Virus record (IMG/VR): IMGVR_UViG_2524614544_000001
From: an uncultured virus (IMG/VR IMGVR_UViG_2524614544_000001)
Lineage: Duplodnaviria; Heunggongvirae; Uroviricota; Caudoviricetes
Strand: one strand, 5' to 3'
DNA length: 64,000 bases
Each line of letters begins with the position of its first letter. Positions within the stretch are counted from its first letter, which is position 1. The notes beneath the pieces are model-generated. The model searched no databases and had not been told where the DNA came from. It saw only the letters and a program-made list of their open reading frames with translations. Below are positions 47,101-56,327 of the stretch, in pieces. The position numbers and the translations under genes were made by a program.

Positions 47101-50100
47101 GGGCAGCAGCTGCATGAAGATGTCGGCGACCAGCTTCAGGATCGGCGCCACGGCCTGGATCGCAATGAGGAGTACCTGGCCGAAGACTTGCGCCAGCGTC
47201 GTGATGATCGGCATGAGCGGGGTCAGGATCGCCACGACGAGCTGGCTGAAAATCTGGGCGATCAGAACGATCACCGGGATCAGCGGCTGCAGCGCCGGAA
47301 TCAGGGCCTGGAGCACGGACACGACGACCGTGCCCAGCGACTGCGCAAGCAGGGCGACGATCCCAATGATCGGAGTCAGTGCCGGCATCAGGGCGGTGAG
47401 TGTCTCGCTGATCAGGTCGGCGAGGAGGGTGATGACGGGCATCAGCCCGCTGATGATCGTGGCCAGGGGCCCGGCGAGTGCCCCGACGACCTGGACGATG
47501 ACGTCGACGACGGTGCTGATGACGGGGCCGAGGGCGTCGACGATGGCCCCGATGACCTGCCCAATGGGTGCCAGGAGTGGGAGGAGTGCGGTGACGATGT
47601 CGAGGACGCCCTGCCCCAGCACGTTGATGACGGGCAGCAACGCGGTGATGACTGGCATCAGGGCCTGGCCGAGGCTTGTGGCGAGCTGTGCGAGTACGGG
47701 GCCGAGGGCCTGGGCCAGGACGGTGATCGTGGGGGCGAGTGCGGCGAGGAGCGGCAGCACTGCCTGGATGACTGCGCCGAGCGTGCCTGCGATCAGGGAG
47801 GCGATGGACTGCAACGCCGTGAAGATCGTCTTGAGTGCTGCCTGAACCTCGGGCATGGCCGTGACCCGGCGAAGCTCGGCCAGGGCGGCACCGAACACGG
47901 AGAAGAAGTTCCCACCGGCGTCGGCTGCTGCGCCCAGGACGTTCTTCAGAACGCCGAAGAGGTCGGCGAGGACGTGCCCGAACTGGACGGCCACGTCGAG
48001 CGCGGTGTCGATCGCGTCGGTGAGCCGCCCGGATTCAAGCCCCTTGGCGAGCTTGTCCATGACCCGGTCCATCGCGGACCCGGCGCCGGCTGTCATCCGG
48101 TCCCATACCGGACCGGCGGCAACGCTCAGCTGAGCCAGGCCGGTGACGATTTGCCCGGGGACCTTGCTCAGATTCCCGAGGCCACCCCGGATGACGTCGA
48201 ACGTTCCCTTGAGCTGCCCGGTCTTCTCCAGGTTCCCGACGGCGGACAGGGCGTTCTTCGCCATGGACCCGAGGTCGCTGGCCACCCCGGCGACACCGCT
48301 CCGCACTGTGGGCAGGACCCGTGTACCAACCTGCTGGAGTCGGGCACCGAGCCCGGCGAACAGGGCGTCCTGGACGTCGAGTTTCATGCCGCGCCAGGCC
48401 GGGGCCATCGCCTGCAAGGTGGCGACGAACCCGCGCGCGTTCGGTGACAGCTTCGCGAGGGCCTGATCCAGCTTTGATGTCTGCGCTGCGGCGTTGGCCT
48501 GCGCCTCGGCCACGGTGCGGGCGGCGTCGGCAACGGCCCGGTGGGCGTCGGCCAGGGCCCGCTGCTGGTCCGCGACGCGCTGGTTCGCGTCCCGGATCCG
48601 CTCCTGGGCCTGAACCACCGCATCCGACCCGGCCACGCCCGCCTTGTTCGCGGCGGCCGTGTCGACCTGGAGGCGTTTCTGCTGCCGGGACTGCTCCTCC
48701 GCAGCAGCCTTGGCCCGCTGTACCGCAAGGTCGGCCTGCTGGATCTGGAGCTGGGTGGCGGTGGGGTCGGTGCGGACCTTCTGCAGGTCGAGTTCGGCCT
48801 GCTCCACATCCAGTGCGGCTTGCTTCTGATCGAGGGCGCCCTGACGGAGGCGCTGGTTCATGTCCTCCAGGTCGCGGATCGCCTGCCTGCGCGCAATGGA
48901 CAGTTCGCCCTGTGCTTGGCGGGCGGCTCGCTGCGCCTGGGACAGGTTGCGTTCAGCGTCGGTGACTCCCCGCTGCGCGTTCGCAAGGCCGCGCTGCGCT
49001 GTCTCGACCTGCTTCGTAGCTGTGGCGGCAGCCTTGGCCTCGCCGGACGTGTCGGCGAACGCGGCCTTGATCGCGTCACCGACACCGGACATGCCGAGCT
49101 TGATCGCGCCGAACACGGTGGCGAGGGTGAGGATGCCCGGGGCTGCCGTGGCAGCAAGAGGCCCCAACTGGGCGAGGGCGGACCCGAACGAGGCGATCGT
49201 TGGGAGGGAGGTGAGGATCGCCCCGCCGATGAGGAGGATCTTCTTCTGGAGTCGGCCCAGTCCTCCCCCGCCACTGTCACCTGCACCGCCAAGACCGGTG
49301 AGGCCGGCGGTGAGCGAACCCAGCCCGAGGAGCCGAGTGCGGACGTTGACGGTGCGGTCCCGGGCCAGGAATGTCAGGGCGGTGTTCGCACCGGCGGTGT
49401 CTGCGCGGGCGGTGACGCCGATGGTGCGCCGCCGGGTGAGGTTCGCGATGTCCGCCGCAGCAACGCGGGTGTCGACGTCAACGCCGAGTCGCACCCGCTG
49501 CCGTTGAGTGAGACCGCGTAGTTCGTTCGCTGCGACGCGGGTGTCGAGGGTGGCGCGGATCTGCACGAACCGGTCCGCGGTGAGCTTGGCGAGGGCCTTC
49601 TCGACGCGCTTGTACGCGGCGTCCTGAATTTTCGCGATGACGTCGACGGTGGCCTGTCCGAATCCGGCGAGCTTCGCTTTGGCGGCGGCGTCGTCGACCT
49701 CCGCCTTGACCCTCACTGTCCGATCGGCCGTCAGCTTCCCGAGGGCGGCCTTCGCCGCGGCTTCGTCGAGGCTCGCGACGACCTTCACGGTGCGTCGGTC
49801 GGTGAGCTTCGCCAGCGCGGTGCGGGCTGCGGCGTCGTCGAGGGATGCGGTGACCTTGACGGTGCGGTCGCGGGTGAGGCGGGTCAGGGCGGCTGTGGCG
49901 CCCTTGTCGTTCAGCGTGGCGTCGATCTTGACGGTTCGGGTGCGGGTGAGCTTGTCGAGCTGGGCCGTGACCAGGGCGGTCTTCAGGTCGACGCCGACGC
50001 GCACCGTTGGCGTGGCCGCGGCGAGCTTGCGCTGGATACCGTCGAGGATTTCCTCACCCGCGACCCGGCCGGCGAGCTTCGCAGGCTTCCGGATGGCGGA

Positions 50101-50190
50101 GGGCAGCTCGACACGGAGCCGGTCGCCGAACGACGAGGTGTCCGGGATGAGTGAGACCCGGGTGGATCCGACGACGGTCGACTCGGCCAT
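44119..50190 (-). CDS. Tape measure protein with M23 peptidase and lytic transglycosylase domains
   Basis: 2023 aa with helical repeats; HTGLD...HLHLE (M23); QESGG...GLMQ (SLT). Confidence 0.95.
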   Translation of the reverse strand: MAESTVVGSTRVSLIPDTSSFGDRLRVELPSAIRKPAKLAGRVAGEEILDGIQRKLAAATPTVRVGVDLKTALVTAQLDKLTRTRTVKIDATLNDKGATAALTRLTRDRTVKVTASLDDAAARTALAKLTDRRTVKVVASLDEAAAKAALGKLTADRTVRVKAEVDDAAAKAKLAGFGQATVDVIAKIQDAAYKRVEKALAKLTADRFVQIRATLDTRVAANELRGLTQRQRVRLGVDVDTRVAAADIANLTRRRTIGVTARADTAGANTALTFLARDRTVNVRTRLLGLGSLTAGLTGLGGAGDSGGGGLGRLQKKILLIGGAILTSLPTIASFGSALAQLGPLAATAAPGILTLATVFGAIKLGMSGVGDAIKAAFADTSGEAKAAATATKQVETAQRGLANAQRGVTDAERNLSQAQRAARQAQGELSIARRQAIRDLEDMNQRLRQGALDQKQAALDVEQAELDLQKVRTDPTATQLQIQQADLAVQRAKAAAEEQSRQQKRLQVDTAAANKAGVAGSDAVVQAQERIRDANQRVADQQRALADAHRAVADAARTVAEAQANAAAQTSKLDQALAKLSPNARGFVATLQAMAPAWRGMKLDVQDALFAGLGARLQQVGTRVLPTVRSGVAGVASDLGSMAKNALSAVGNLEKTGQLKGTFDVIRGGLGNLSKVPGQIVTGLAQLSVAAGPVWDRMTAGAGSAMDRVMDKLAKGLESGRLTDAIDTALDVAVQFGHVLADLFGVLKNVLGAAADAGGNFFSVFGAALAELRRVTAMPEVQAALKTIFTALQSIASLIAGTLGAVIQAVLPLLAALAPTITVLAQALGPVLAQLATSLGQALMPVITALLPVINVLGQGVLDIVTALLPLLAPIGQVIGAIVDALGPVISTVVDVIVQVVGALAGPLATIISGLMPVITLLADLISETLTALMPALTPIIGIVALLAQSLGTVVVSVLQALIPALQPLIPVIVLIAQIFSQLVVAILTPLMPIITTLAQVFGQVLLIAIQAVAPILKLVADIFMQLLPALQPLFPIIGQLVAAVGQLLAPLLGLLTLALRPLLAVVGFVASLLVKGLGAALNFLVPIVVRVLGWVLQLATVITKAVKGIVNWFKWLFDVLLGHSIIPDIVKGAIKWFTDLKDKALRIFVWIKDGIRDKWDELWGNVKKTASDAWGVVKKGFNTFADGFKGAFEGLKKGIGKIWDGLKALVKAPIKFWIETVYNQGIVKVWNKTAGKIPGIPDMKTMNLPKGFARGGVLPGYSTYRQGDDQLVPMRRGEGVYVSEAMRDPYERARLHAVNQAAMQGRSLARFRGFSEGGIFGSIGDLGSSIKSGVSSALKKGADVARGGLADLAETAFKPIKSGITKVLGADKNTYPGMIGQAPISFIDKAIDFIRGKDIPPEATGQWMKPVNAPYGTPFGKRGLMWSSGRHTGLDFPAATGTPVRAVDNGEVASVTSGGPYGKHVTVSHGGGLSSLYAHMSAMVAKAGNSIKRGARVGSVGATGNVTGPHLHLEARINGKAVDPMRYLEGGTGGEAGAGVEKFRGVVTQALGQVGQSLALVNTTLRRMNQESGGNPRAVNRNDINWINGTPSVGLMQVIEPTFNAYAGKYKKTGPKLYGVSIDPMANIYASMRYALSRYGSLSAAYSRIGGYATGGIIGGSVSINTGLPRTPGYASGGIIRVGGKNINTGPLKAAVGGDFLKQLTGTASQIDAAMTKVATALKNAFKGVKTTLDDKLIKTVSAQNKALQKLATDRDKIRAKLTEATSFATDTAKNGTSFAALTGLPNSGLPFGASGILDGLKVRLGQLKTFSANLATLAKRGLSKDLIGQIIAAGPDQGAPYAAALVAATDQQLKDINATQVQIGKASTTYGQAAADAMYDAGAQSGKGYLAGLRSQEKAILAAMTDLAKKVQKTIKVELKIHSPSRVFDALGQFTGLGFAQGIRTTIPQAAEAAASMAAMVRSTTAATVARTETRTVNNTSGDRHLHYSALVREVPSRRSILDALDTQDMLHRPVMSGAS

Positions 50191-50201
50191 GCTGCCCTCC
50201 C

Positions 50202-51016
50202 CTACTGCGTTTCGAGTTCGCGGATCTTGCTGGCCCAGTGGTCAATGGCCGTTTGGTCGTCGGCACGGCCGGGCGAGTACCGGTTGAGGAGCGCCTCGCT
50301 GCGCCGTACTGCTGCCTCTTCCTGCTCGACTCGTTGCTCGTCTGCCTCCAGGGCGGGCGGGTCGATGGACGACATGTCGGGTGGGTCGCCCTTGAGGTGG
50401 GCGGCCCACAGGACTCGGATCATCAGGAGCAACGCGTTGTACTGGGCGGCGAGGATGTAGGTGCTCTGGTTCCACCGCCGCCCCTGTACGTCGCCCCCGG
50501 ATGCCGCCTTGGTCGCGGAGTCTTCGGGGAGGTGGTCGACTAGGTCCCGGAGTTCGGCCCAGTTCATGGAGCCCTCACCCCAGGACATGGCCCAGAACTC
50601 GTCTAGGCGGCGGCCGGGGTAGTACCGCTGGATGTCGGCACGGACGGCTCCAGGGTGCTCTCGGAGGAGGGCGAGGAGCCGGAGTCTTCCCCCTGGGTGG
50701 TGCCCGCCTCGCCGTCCATCTCCTCGATGATGTCCTTGAGTTCGCCGACGGTGAGGTGGGCGACCTTGACGAGCCGGTCGAACGCTTCCTTCGGGGTGGC
50801 GATCTCGCGCAGGACGTTGAGGTTGGTGTTGCCGCCCATCTCCTCGACCTGCTCGATGACCTCCAGCGGCCAGTTGTCCTGGACGGGGAACGTGCAGACC
50901 TCGTCGACGCCGTCGGCGTTCTCGAAGACGACGTCGACGAACTGAGTCTTCGCGACTGAGGCGCGCTGGGCGCGCATCTGCTGGAGGCGAATGACCTTGC
51001 GGTTCGGCTTGGACAT
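50202..51016 (-). CDS. Tail assembly chaperones (short form 50603-51016; long form by -1 frameshift)
   Basis: Two overlapping ORFs between the major tail and tape measure genes; slippery GGGGGAA at 50687-50693. Confidence 0.85.
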
Positions 51017-51120
51017 GATCGGGTCCTTTGCTTGGGCGGGGACTGGGGCGGGGGCTGTGCAGGTGGCCTGTCGTGCCGCCCCCGCCCAGGAGATGAGCGC
51101 GACAGGCCACCAGTCGGGGG

Positions 51121-51708
51121 TTACGGCGTTTCGGCGGGCACGGCCACGTCGGTGATGAAGTGCTGGACGGACTGGGCGCCGCCGGGGGCCGCCAGCGCAG
51201 TGAACGTCAGCTCGTAGTTGCTGCTGTCGTCGGCGCTGTGCTTGATGGCGCCGCGGTCGGTGACACCGGCGCGGGCGATCATGATGCGGTGCAGCTTCCC
51301 CGACATGATCACGTCGAGGCCGAGGGCGATCTCCACTGTGTCCGCCAAGCTGCCCGTCCCGAAGGACACGAACTGCTTCTTCCCGGCCGCCGCTGCGGTC
51401 GCGGTCATCTTGGCCTGCTGCACCTGGTAGTACAGCGACAGGAGCTGCGCCGTCGTCTCCCGGAACGTCAGCTTGAACGTCTGCGTCCTCTTCTTCGCCA
51501 GGTCGACGACCGGAGCGTCCTCGCCCCACGCGTCGAGCTGGGTTCGCTCTTCGGCCAGGGCCTCCTCCAGGCCATCGGGGGTGATGAACCCCATGTCGGC
51601 GAAGTCGGCGCCCCACGCGATCTCGGGGCCGAGCGGGAACGTGGAGCCGACGGGGGCCGAGTAGGCCTTGCCGGCCACACCAACGATGATGTTTGCAGAG
51701 TCGCCCAC
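51121..51708 (-). CDS. Major tail protein
   Basis: APVGS...MGFITPDG...AWG motifs; position in the operon. Confidence 0.88.
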   Translation of the reverse strand: MGDSANIIVGVAGKAYSAPVGSTFPLGPEIAWGADFADMGFITPDGLEEALAEERTQLDAWGEDAPVVDLAKKRTQTFKLTFRETTAQLLSLYYQVQQAKMTATAAAAGKKQFVSFGTGSLADTVEIALGLDVIMSGKLHRIMIARAGVTDRGAIKHSADDSSNYELTFTALAAPGGAQSVQHFITDVAVPAETP

Positions 51709-51718
51709 GGCGGGCCTC

Positions 51719-52150
51719 CTAGCTGGTCGGGAGGGGTGGGCGGACGCTCATCCCCAGGATCATGCCGACGCGGGCGACGCCGGTGTTGGGCTCTTCGGGT
51801 CGGTCTTGCGGGCCGGTCTCCTGTGAGATCCGGGTGACGATTCCGTCGGCAGTGGCGCGGCCCGGGAGCAGCTCCCACTCGGCGCACACCCGGAGGGCGA
51901 GGCGCATGGCCGCGCCCTCGTCGGCGGCGTAGCAGTCGACGGAGAGCCTCGGCCGGTCGGTGGTGGCCGGGCCGGACCAGCCGCGCATGGTTGACGTGCC
52001 GCCGATCCTCAGGACCCTGACCGCCGACAGTGCGGCGTTGAGCGCCTTGCCTTCGGGGAGTTCCGACGTCACGAGGACGCCGGGCATGGCGGTGGTCAGC
52101 AGGTCGATGGCGACCTTCTTGCCGTCGGGGAGGATCAGCGGCGCCGTCAC
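51719..52150 (-). CDS. Tail terminator protein
   Basis: VRVLRIGG...DRPRLSVDCYA; precedes the major tail gene. Confidence 0.75.
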   Translation of the reverse strand: MTAPLILPDGKKVAIDLLTTAMPGVLVTSELPEGKALNAALSAVRVLRIGGTSTMRGWSGPATTDRPRLSVDCYAADEGAAMRLALRVCAEWELLPGRATADGIVTRISQETGPQDRPEEPNTGVARVGMILGMSVRPPLPTS

Positions 52151-52350
52151 TTCGTCGCCGGCTTCGACGTGTCGCCAGTGACGATCTTGGCCGGCGTCTT
52201 GTCCGCGGCCTTCTCGGCTGCGGCGTTGGCGGGGACGGCGTAGCCCTTCCAGCGGTGGACTTCGTCGGCGGGGACGTCGACGGTGTCGCCCGGCTCCTTG
52301 CCGTCCCGCCAGAACGTGAGGCGCATCTTCACGGTTCCGGTCTCAGCCAT
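52147..52350 (-). CDS. Small virion-module protein
   Basis: GAAGGAG RBS; PGDTVDV motif. Confidence 0.6.
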   Translation of the reverse strand: MAETGTVKMRLTFWRDGKEPGDTVDVPADEVHRWKGYAVPANAAAEKAADKTPAKIVTGDTSKPATK

Positions 52351-52365
52351 CGCGGTTCTCCTTCA

Positions 52366-52686
52366 TCAGTGGTCGCCTCCTGCGGCGTCGAGTGCGTTGC
52401 CAAGCACGTGCCGCGGCGGGTGGATGCGGCGGCCGTTGCCGTCGGTCTGCCGGGTCCCGAGCTCTACGTAGATCGCGTAGTCCACGGGTGCGTCGACGTG
52501 CACCGCCCCGTCCTCGTCCGGCTCCTCGACCCGGTGGATCGTGGCCTTGTACAGGCCGGTGTCCACTGGGGCAGTGGCCTTGACAACGGCCACGACCCGG
52601 TCCATGCGTGCCGCGAGGTCGGCCTGGACATGCGGGTCATGAACCAGGGCGTCGATTGCGTCGTCGTAGATCTCCACGGTCGTCAT
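52366..52686 (-). CDS. HK97 gp10-like tail completion protein
   Basis: APVDTG...YAIYVELGT. Confidence 0.85.
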   Translation of the reverse strand: MTTVEIYDDAIDALVHDPHVQADLAARMDRVVAVVKATAPVDTGLYKATIHRVEEPDEDGAVHVDAPVDYAIYVELGTRQTDGNGRRIHPPRHVLGNALDAAGGDH

Positions 52687-53021
52687 CCGGCGACCTCCAG
52701 CAGGCGCACCGTCTGCCCCGACAGGGGACCGGCCTCCTGGACATCACGCGGGACCCCGTCGACCTCCCAGATGCGGCCGTCCCACTCCACCCGGGACCAC
52801 TCCGACACCCGCGGGGCGCGTCGCGGCATGTCCAGCTGGGCGGCAGTGACCGTCTGATCCCGGGCCTCACGAGACTCCGACGACGAGACATAGTCGACGG
52901 TGCACCCGTACACAGGGGTGCGGGTCGCGTGCACCCAGTCCCTGACCTGCACGTTGTAGTCCCCGCCGACCAGTGGCGCGTCGAGCAGGACAACCGTCTG
53001 GCGTCCGATGTGGCCCGGCAT
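52683..53021 (-). CDS. Head-to-tail stopper
   Basis: RVEWDGRIWEVDG motif; position in the operon. Confidence 0.75.
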   Translation of the reverse strand: MPGHIGRQTVVLLDAPLVGGDYNVQVRDWVHATRTPVYGCTVDYVSSSESREARDQTVTAAQLDMPRRAPRVSEWSRVEWDGRIWEVDGVPRDVQEAGPLSGQTVRLLEVAG

Positions 53022-53395
53022 CAGCCCACCACCAGCGGATCGAACCGGAACAGGCCGCACGTCACGAGAACGTCCAGGGCGGCGGGGGCCAGCCTCGGTG
53101 TCGTACCAGCCCCCTGGCCAACCGTGCGGCGAGTAAAAGACCGCTGCCCGGTGCTCATCGACTGGAGGTCGGCCGTGGCGTCCGTCTCGTCGTCCCGGTC
53201 GATCATCCACTGCGCCTGGCACACCGTCGCCTCACGCAGAGCGTCGACTACGTCGGGGTCGGTGATGTCGTAATACGCGCCCAGCAGCGCCTTGTCGACG
53301 CGACGGGACGCCTGAGCCAGGAGCCGGACAGCGGTGTCCGGTACCGGCTCAGGTGCCAGCCATGCCGCAAGGTCGTCGATGGTCGCGTAGGTCAC
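53021..53395 (-). CDS. Head-to-tail adaptor
   Basis: YATIDDL...LLAQASRRVD...ATVCQ. Confidence 0.75.
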   Translation of the reverse strand: MTYATIDDLAAWLAPEPVPDTAVRLLAQASRRVDKALLGAYYDITDPDVVDALREATVCQAQWMIDRDDETDATADLQSMSTGQRSFTRRTVGQGAGTTPRLAPAALDVLVTCGLFRFDPLVVG

Positions 53396-53397
53396 GG

Positions 53398-54087
53398 CTA
53401 CTCCTGACCGCTGAGGTCGCCGTCGCCCGGGGCGTCGCGGGCTTCCTCGACGACCTGGGCGTAGTCCTGGCACTCCTGCTTGGTGGCGTCCTTCGCCTGG
53501 TCCGGGTCCATGCCCAGGGCGATGGCGTACTCCCGCCACGTGTCGACCTTCGCGTTCGCCGCCGGCCGCTTCGGGAGTTCGGCCGGAGGCTCATCGTCAC
53601 CGTCACCGGCTTCGGGGCTCCGGGGCTCCGACTTCGGGTGCACATCGCCGCGCGCCTCGCTCGGGCGGCCGTCGACACTGGCATGCTCCGGTCCGCGGGC
53701 GTCTTCGCCCGAATCCCCGACCACACCCGTGTCCGTGGCTTCGACGGCCGCGACCCACTCCAGCAGCTGCTGGTGAGACATCGTGGACGCCTTCGTCGCG
53801 AGCAGACCCAGCCGCACCGCATAAGTCGCCCACACCCCGGCGTGATCGTCACGGGCCGGCCTCTCCGGAACGCCGGGCACGTTCTGCCCGACGCGGGTAG
53901 CTGCGGGGGCGTCAGCTCCGTGCTGGATGACCTGCGGCTGCACCTTCTGGTCGGGGTCCAGGAGCGGGTCCCCGTCCTCGGCGAGACGGAGCTCACCGCG
54001 GGCGACCTGGGCTGCCATCATCGGGTCGAGCGGTTCGTTGAGATGCAGCCGCATGCCACCCGCGCCAACGTACTCGCGGGCCGCCAT
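53398..54087 (-). CDS. Head-module protein with two W..YA..LG repeats
   Basis: RP....WATYAVRLG and RP....WREYAIALG. Confidence 0.7.
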   Translation of the reverse strand: MAAREYVGAGGMRLHLNEPLDPMMAAQVARGELRLAEDGDPLLDPDQKVQPQVIQHGADAPAATRVGQNVPGVPERPARDDHAGVWATYAVRLGLLATKASTMSHQQLLEWVAAVEATDTGVVGDSGEDARGPEHASVDGRPSEARGDVHPKSEPRSPEAGDGDDEPPAELPKRPAANAKVDTWREYAIALGMDPDQAKDATKQECQDYAQVVEEARDAPGDGDLSGQE

Positions 54088-54461
54088 CACAGGTTCCGCG
54101 CGATCTTGAACGCGGTGATGGTGCCGGTGAACCCGGTCTCGAAGTCGAGGTTCAGCTTCCCGCCGTGCTGCAGGTAGCGGGCCTCGGAGAACGGGCCGAT
54201 CCACCGGGTGCCGGACGCGGCGACGGACACCTCGGCGTCGCCCTGGCTGCGCATCCAGGCCGGCCCGTCCTTGCCACCCGCCCGAATGGTGATCTTCTTC
54301 GTGGAGCCGGCCGAGTTCACGACCCGCAGCATGGTGCGGGACGGGTCGGCGGCGTTGATGACAACACCGTTCGTGACGAGCGTCGAGTCGATCGTGGTGC
54401 CGGTCGGGTCGGCGACATCGGGGCCGCCAAGGCTGGTCGGGGTGAGAGCAGTGCGCGGCAT
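54087..54461 (-). CDS. Putative capsid decoration protein
   Basis: Follows the major capsid gene; beta-rich; GGAGG RBS. Confidence 0.65.
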   Translation of the reverse strand: MPRTALTPTSLGGPDVADPTGTTIDSTLVTNGVVINAADPSRTMLRVVNSAGSTKKITIRAGGKDGPAWMRSQGDAEVSVAASGTRWIGPFSEARYLQHGGKLNLDFETGFTGTITAFKIARNL

Positions 54462-54509
54462 GATTCCTCCAGAGAGAACGCCGACGAGAATCACGGGACA
54501 GGGGAGGGA

Positions 54510-55370
54510 TCAGGCCGACGGGTCGACGTAGGCGACGGCGATGCCCTCGGGGCGCAGCAGCTTCGCGCCGTACACGTGCAGGCCGCGGACCGCGTCGGCG
54601 ATCGTCGACTCCAGGCGCAGCGCCTCGGTCTCCAGGATCTGGTCCACGAACGTGAGGGCCCCCGGGTAGCCGGCCTGGATGACCTGGGTGTCTCCGGAGG
54701 GCACGGGGGTGACGTTGGACTCCAGGACGTCGAAGCCGGCGGCGCGGCCGACGATGCCGTTGCGGAGGCCCTGTTCGCTGCCGGACGCGTCGACGCGGAC
54801 GAACCGGTCGTCCTGGAGGAGCGCCCCGGTGAACTCGGGGGACACGACGACGTACCGGTCCATGGCAGGCACGTTGGACCTGTTCAGCTTGGTACGGAGC
54901 GGGATCAGGACCTTGTCCCAGGCGTCCTTGGGGCTGGTCGTGATGTTGATCGGGGAGCCCGTGGAGCCGACGACGTTCGACGGGGCGACTCCGGTGTACA
55001 GGGAGGCGACGTACCGGTCGGCCTGCGCTGCCAGCTTGCGCGCGGCCCGCTGCGTGGTCTTCAGCATCGGATTGAGCGCGACCTGCGCCTTGTCGACGTC
55101 GTCGAGCTTGAACGCGAACGCGTCGCCCTGGTCGATGGGCAGGTCCAGCCCGGCGGTGTCGATGTCCTCGTAGTTGATCGTGTCGCCGGACTTGTACGGG
55201 AAGATCGACGGGTCGCCGATGGTGACGATGCGCACCGACTGGCCCTGCGAGGTGATCTCGCCCTCGTAGTCGCGGTTGACGATCTGGGGCTGCGCGTAGA
55301 CGAGTGCCTCGTCCAGGCCCGCCAGAATCTGGGCGGACCAGACCTGCGGCTTGAACAGCGCGACGGACAT
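54510..55370 (-). CDS. Major capsid protein
   Basis: FKPQVWSA...NRDYEGEI...DAVRGLHVYGAK. Confidence 0.92.
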   Translation of the reverse strand: MSVALFKPQVWSAQILAGLDEALVYAQPQIVNRDYEGEITSQGQSVRIVTIGDPSIFPYKSGDTINYEDIDTAGLDLPIDQGDAFAFKLDDVDKAQVALNPMLKTTQRAARKLAAQADRYVASLYTGVAPSNVVGSTGSPINITTSPKDAWDKVLIPLRTKLNRSNVPAMDRYVVVSPEFTGALLQDDRFVRVDASGSEQGLRNGIVGRAAGFDVLESNVTPVPSGDTQVIQAGYPGALTFVDQILETEALRLESTIADAVRGLHVYGAKLLRPEGIAVAYVDPSA

Positions 55371-55379
55371 GGTGAGTCC

Positions 55380-56174
55380 TTATCCGGCCTTGCCGCTCAG
55401 GTAGCTGTTCAGCCGTCCCTCATCGGTGGCCTGCTTGATCTGCTGGGGAGTCATGCGGGCGATGTCCGCTCCGGTCAGCTGCCGCTTGCCGCCACCGGCC
55501 CCGTCCATCGGTGCGCCACCTGCGGGGGTGGGCTCCGGCTCCTTCGGCTCCGGCGCCTTGGCCGCGAGCTTGGAGTTGGCGTCGACTGCTGTCTTCACTG
55601 CCTTGCCGACCTGCTCGTCGAAGTCGGCCGCGGACGGGTCGAGCTTCGAGATGGCGTTGGCGAAGGCGCGTGAGTCGATGAGTGCGTCGGGGTCGCCGCC
55701 ATACCTCCCGGCCGTCTTGTAGACGGCGAGTTCAACCTGCGTCTGGCGGGCCTGCGCGCGGGACTCCTTGGTCTCTCCGCGGGCCTCGTCCAGTTGCTGA
55801 GCGAGCTCTTCGGGGGTGGGCGGCTTCTTCTCGTCGGTCTGGACACCGAAGAGATTGGCCAGCTTCTTCATGAAGTCGGCTTGCTCGTCGGCGGCCTGCT
55901 GCTTGTCCTTCGCGCGCTTCTGCTTCTGCTCGGTTACCTCTTCGCGGAGGCTCTCGATGGCTCGCATGGCGCGCTCGGGGTCGAAGTCACCTTCGAACTT
56001 GGGCGCCTTGGCCTTGGGTTCGGCGGACTTCGGCTCGGTGACCGGTTCGGGAGTTGTGGTGGGTGCGGCCGGCTCTGGCGGAGTCGGTGCGGCCGGGGGT
56101 GCGGGCGGGTTGGCCGGCTGGGTGCCGGTGTCCGTGGTCGGTCCCTCGGGTGCTGCGGGGGCGGGGGTCGTCAT
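55380..56174 (-). CDS. Capsid scaffolding protein
   Basis: Pro-rich N-terminus, coiled coil and LIDSRAF; precedes the major capsid gene. Confidence 0.85.
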   Translation of the reverse strand: MTTPAPAAPEGPTTDTGTQPANPPAPPAAPTPPEPAAPTTTPEPVTEPKSAEPKAKAPKFEGDFDPERAMRAIESLREEVTEQKQKRAKDKQQAADEQADFMKKLANLFGVQTDEKKPPTPEELAQQLDEARGETKESRAQARQTQVELAVYKTAGRYGGDPDALIDSRAFANAISKLDPSAADFDEQVGKAVKTAVDANSKLAAKAPEPKEPEPTPAGGAPMDGAGGGKRQLTGADIARMTPQQIKQATDEGRLNSYLSGKAG

Positions 56175-56272
56175 CTGCGGTGCCTCCTTGGGCGGCCTGC
56201 ACGCTGTTGCGGCGCCTTGTCCGCTGGCGTGTTGACCCAGATGTTAACCCTGAACCTCACACAATGCTGCAC

Positions 56273-56312
56273 AATCAAAGGTCATAGCGCAAGATATCCT
56301 TTGAATCAAAGG
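56273..56312. promoter_or_regulatory. Palindromic operator in the divergent head/packaging promoter region
   Basis: CCTTTGA-A-TCAAAGG at 56298-56312 plus half-site AATCAAAGG at 56273-56281. Confidence 0.7.
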
Positions 56313-56327
56313 CGCGAGGGTGGGGGT

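Noticed and set aside
44098..49521. Long plus-strand ORFs opposite the tape measure gene (978, 466, 434 aa and others)
   Set aside because: These are antisense shadows expected in high-GC coding DNA, with no motifs or RBS.
49400..49990. About 24-aa LTxxRTVxV repeats as a separate element
   Set aside because: They are ordinary in-frame repeats of the tape measure N-terminus.
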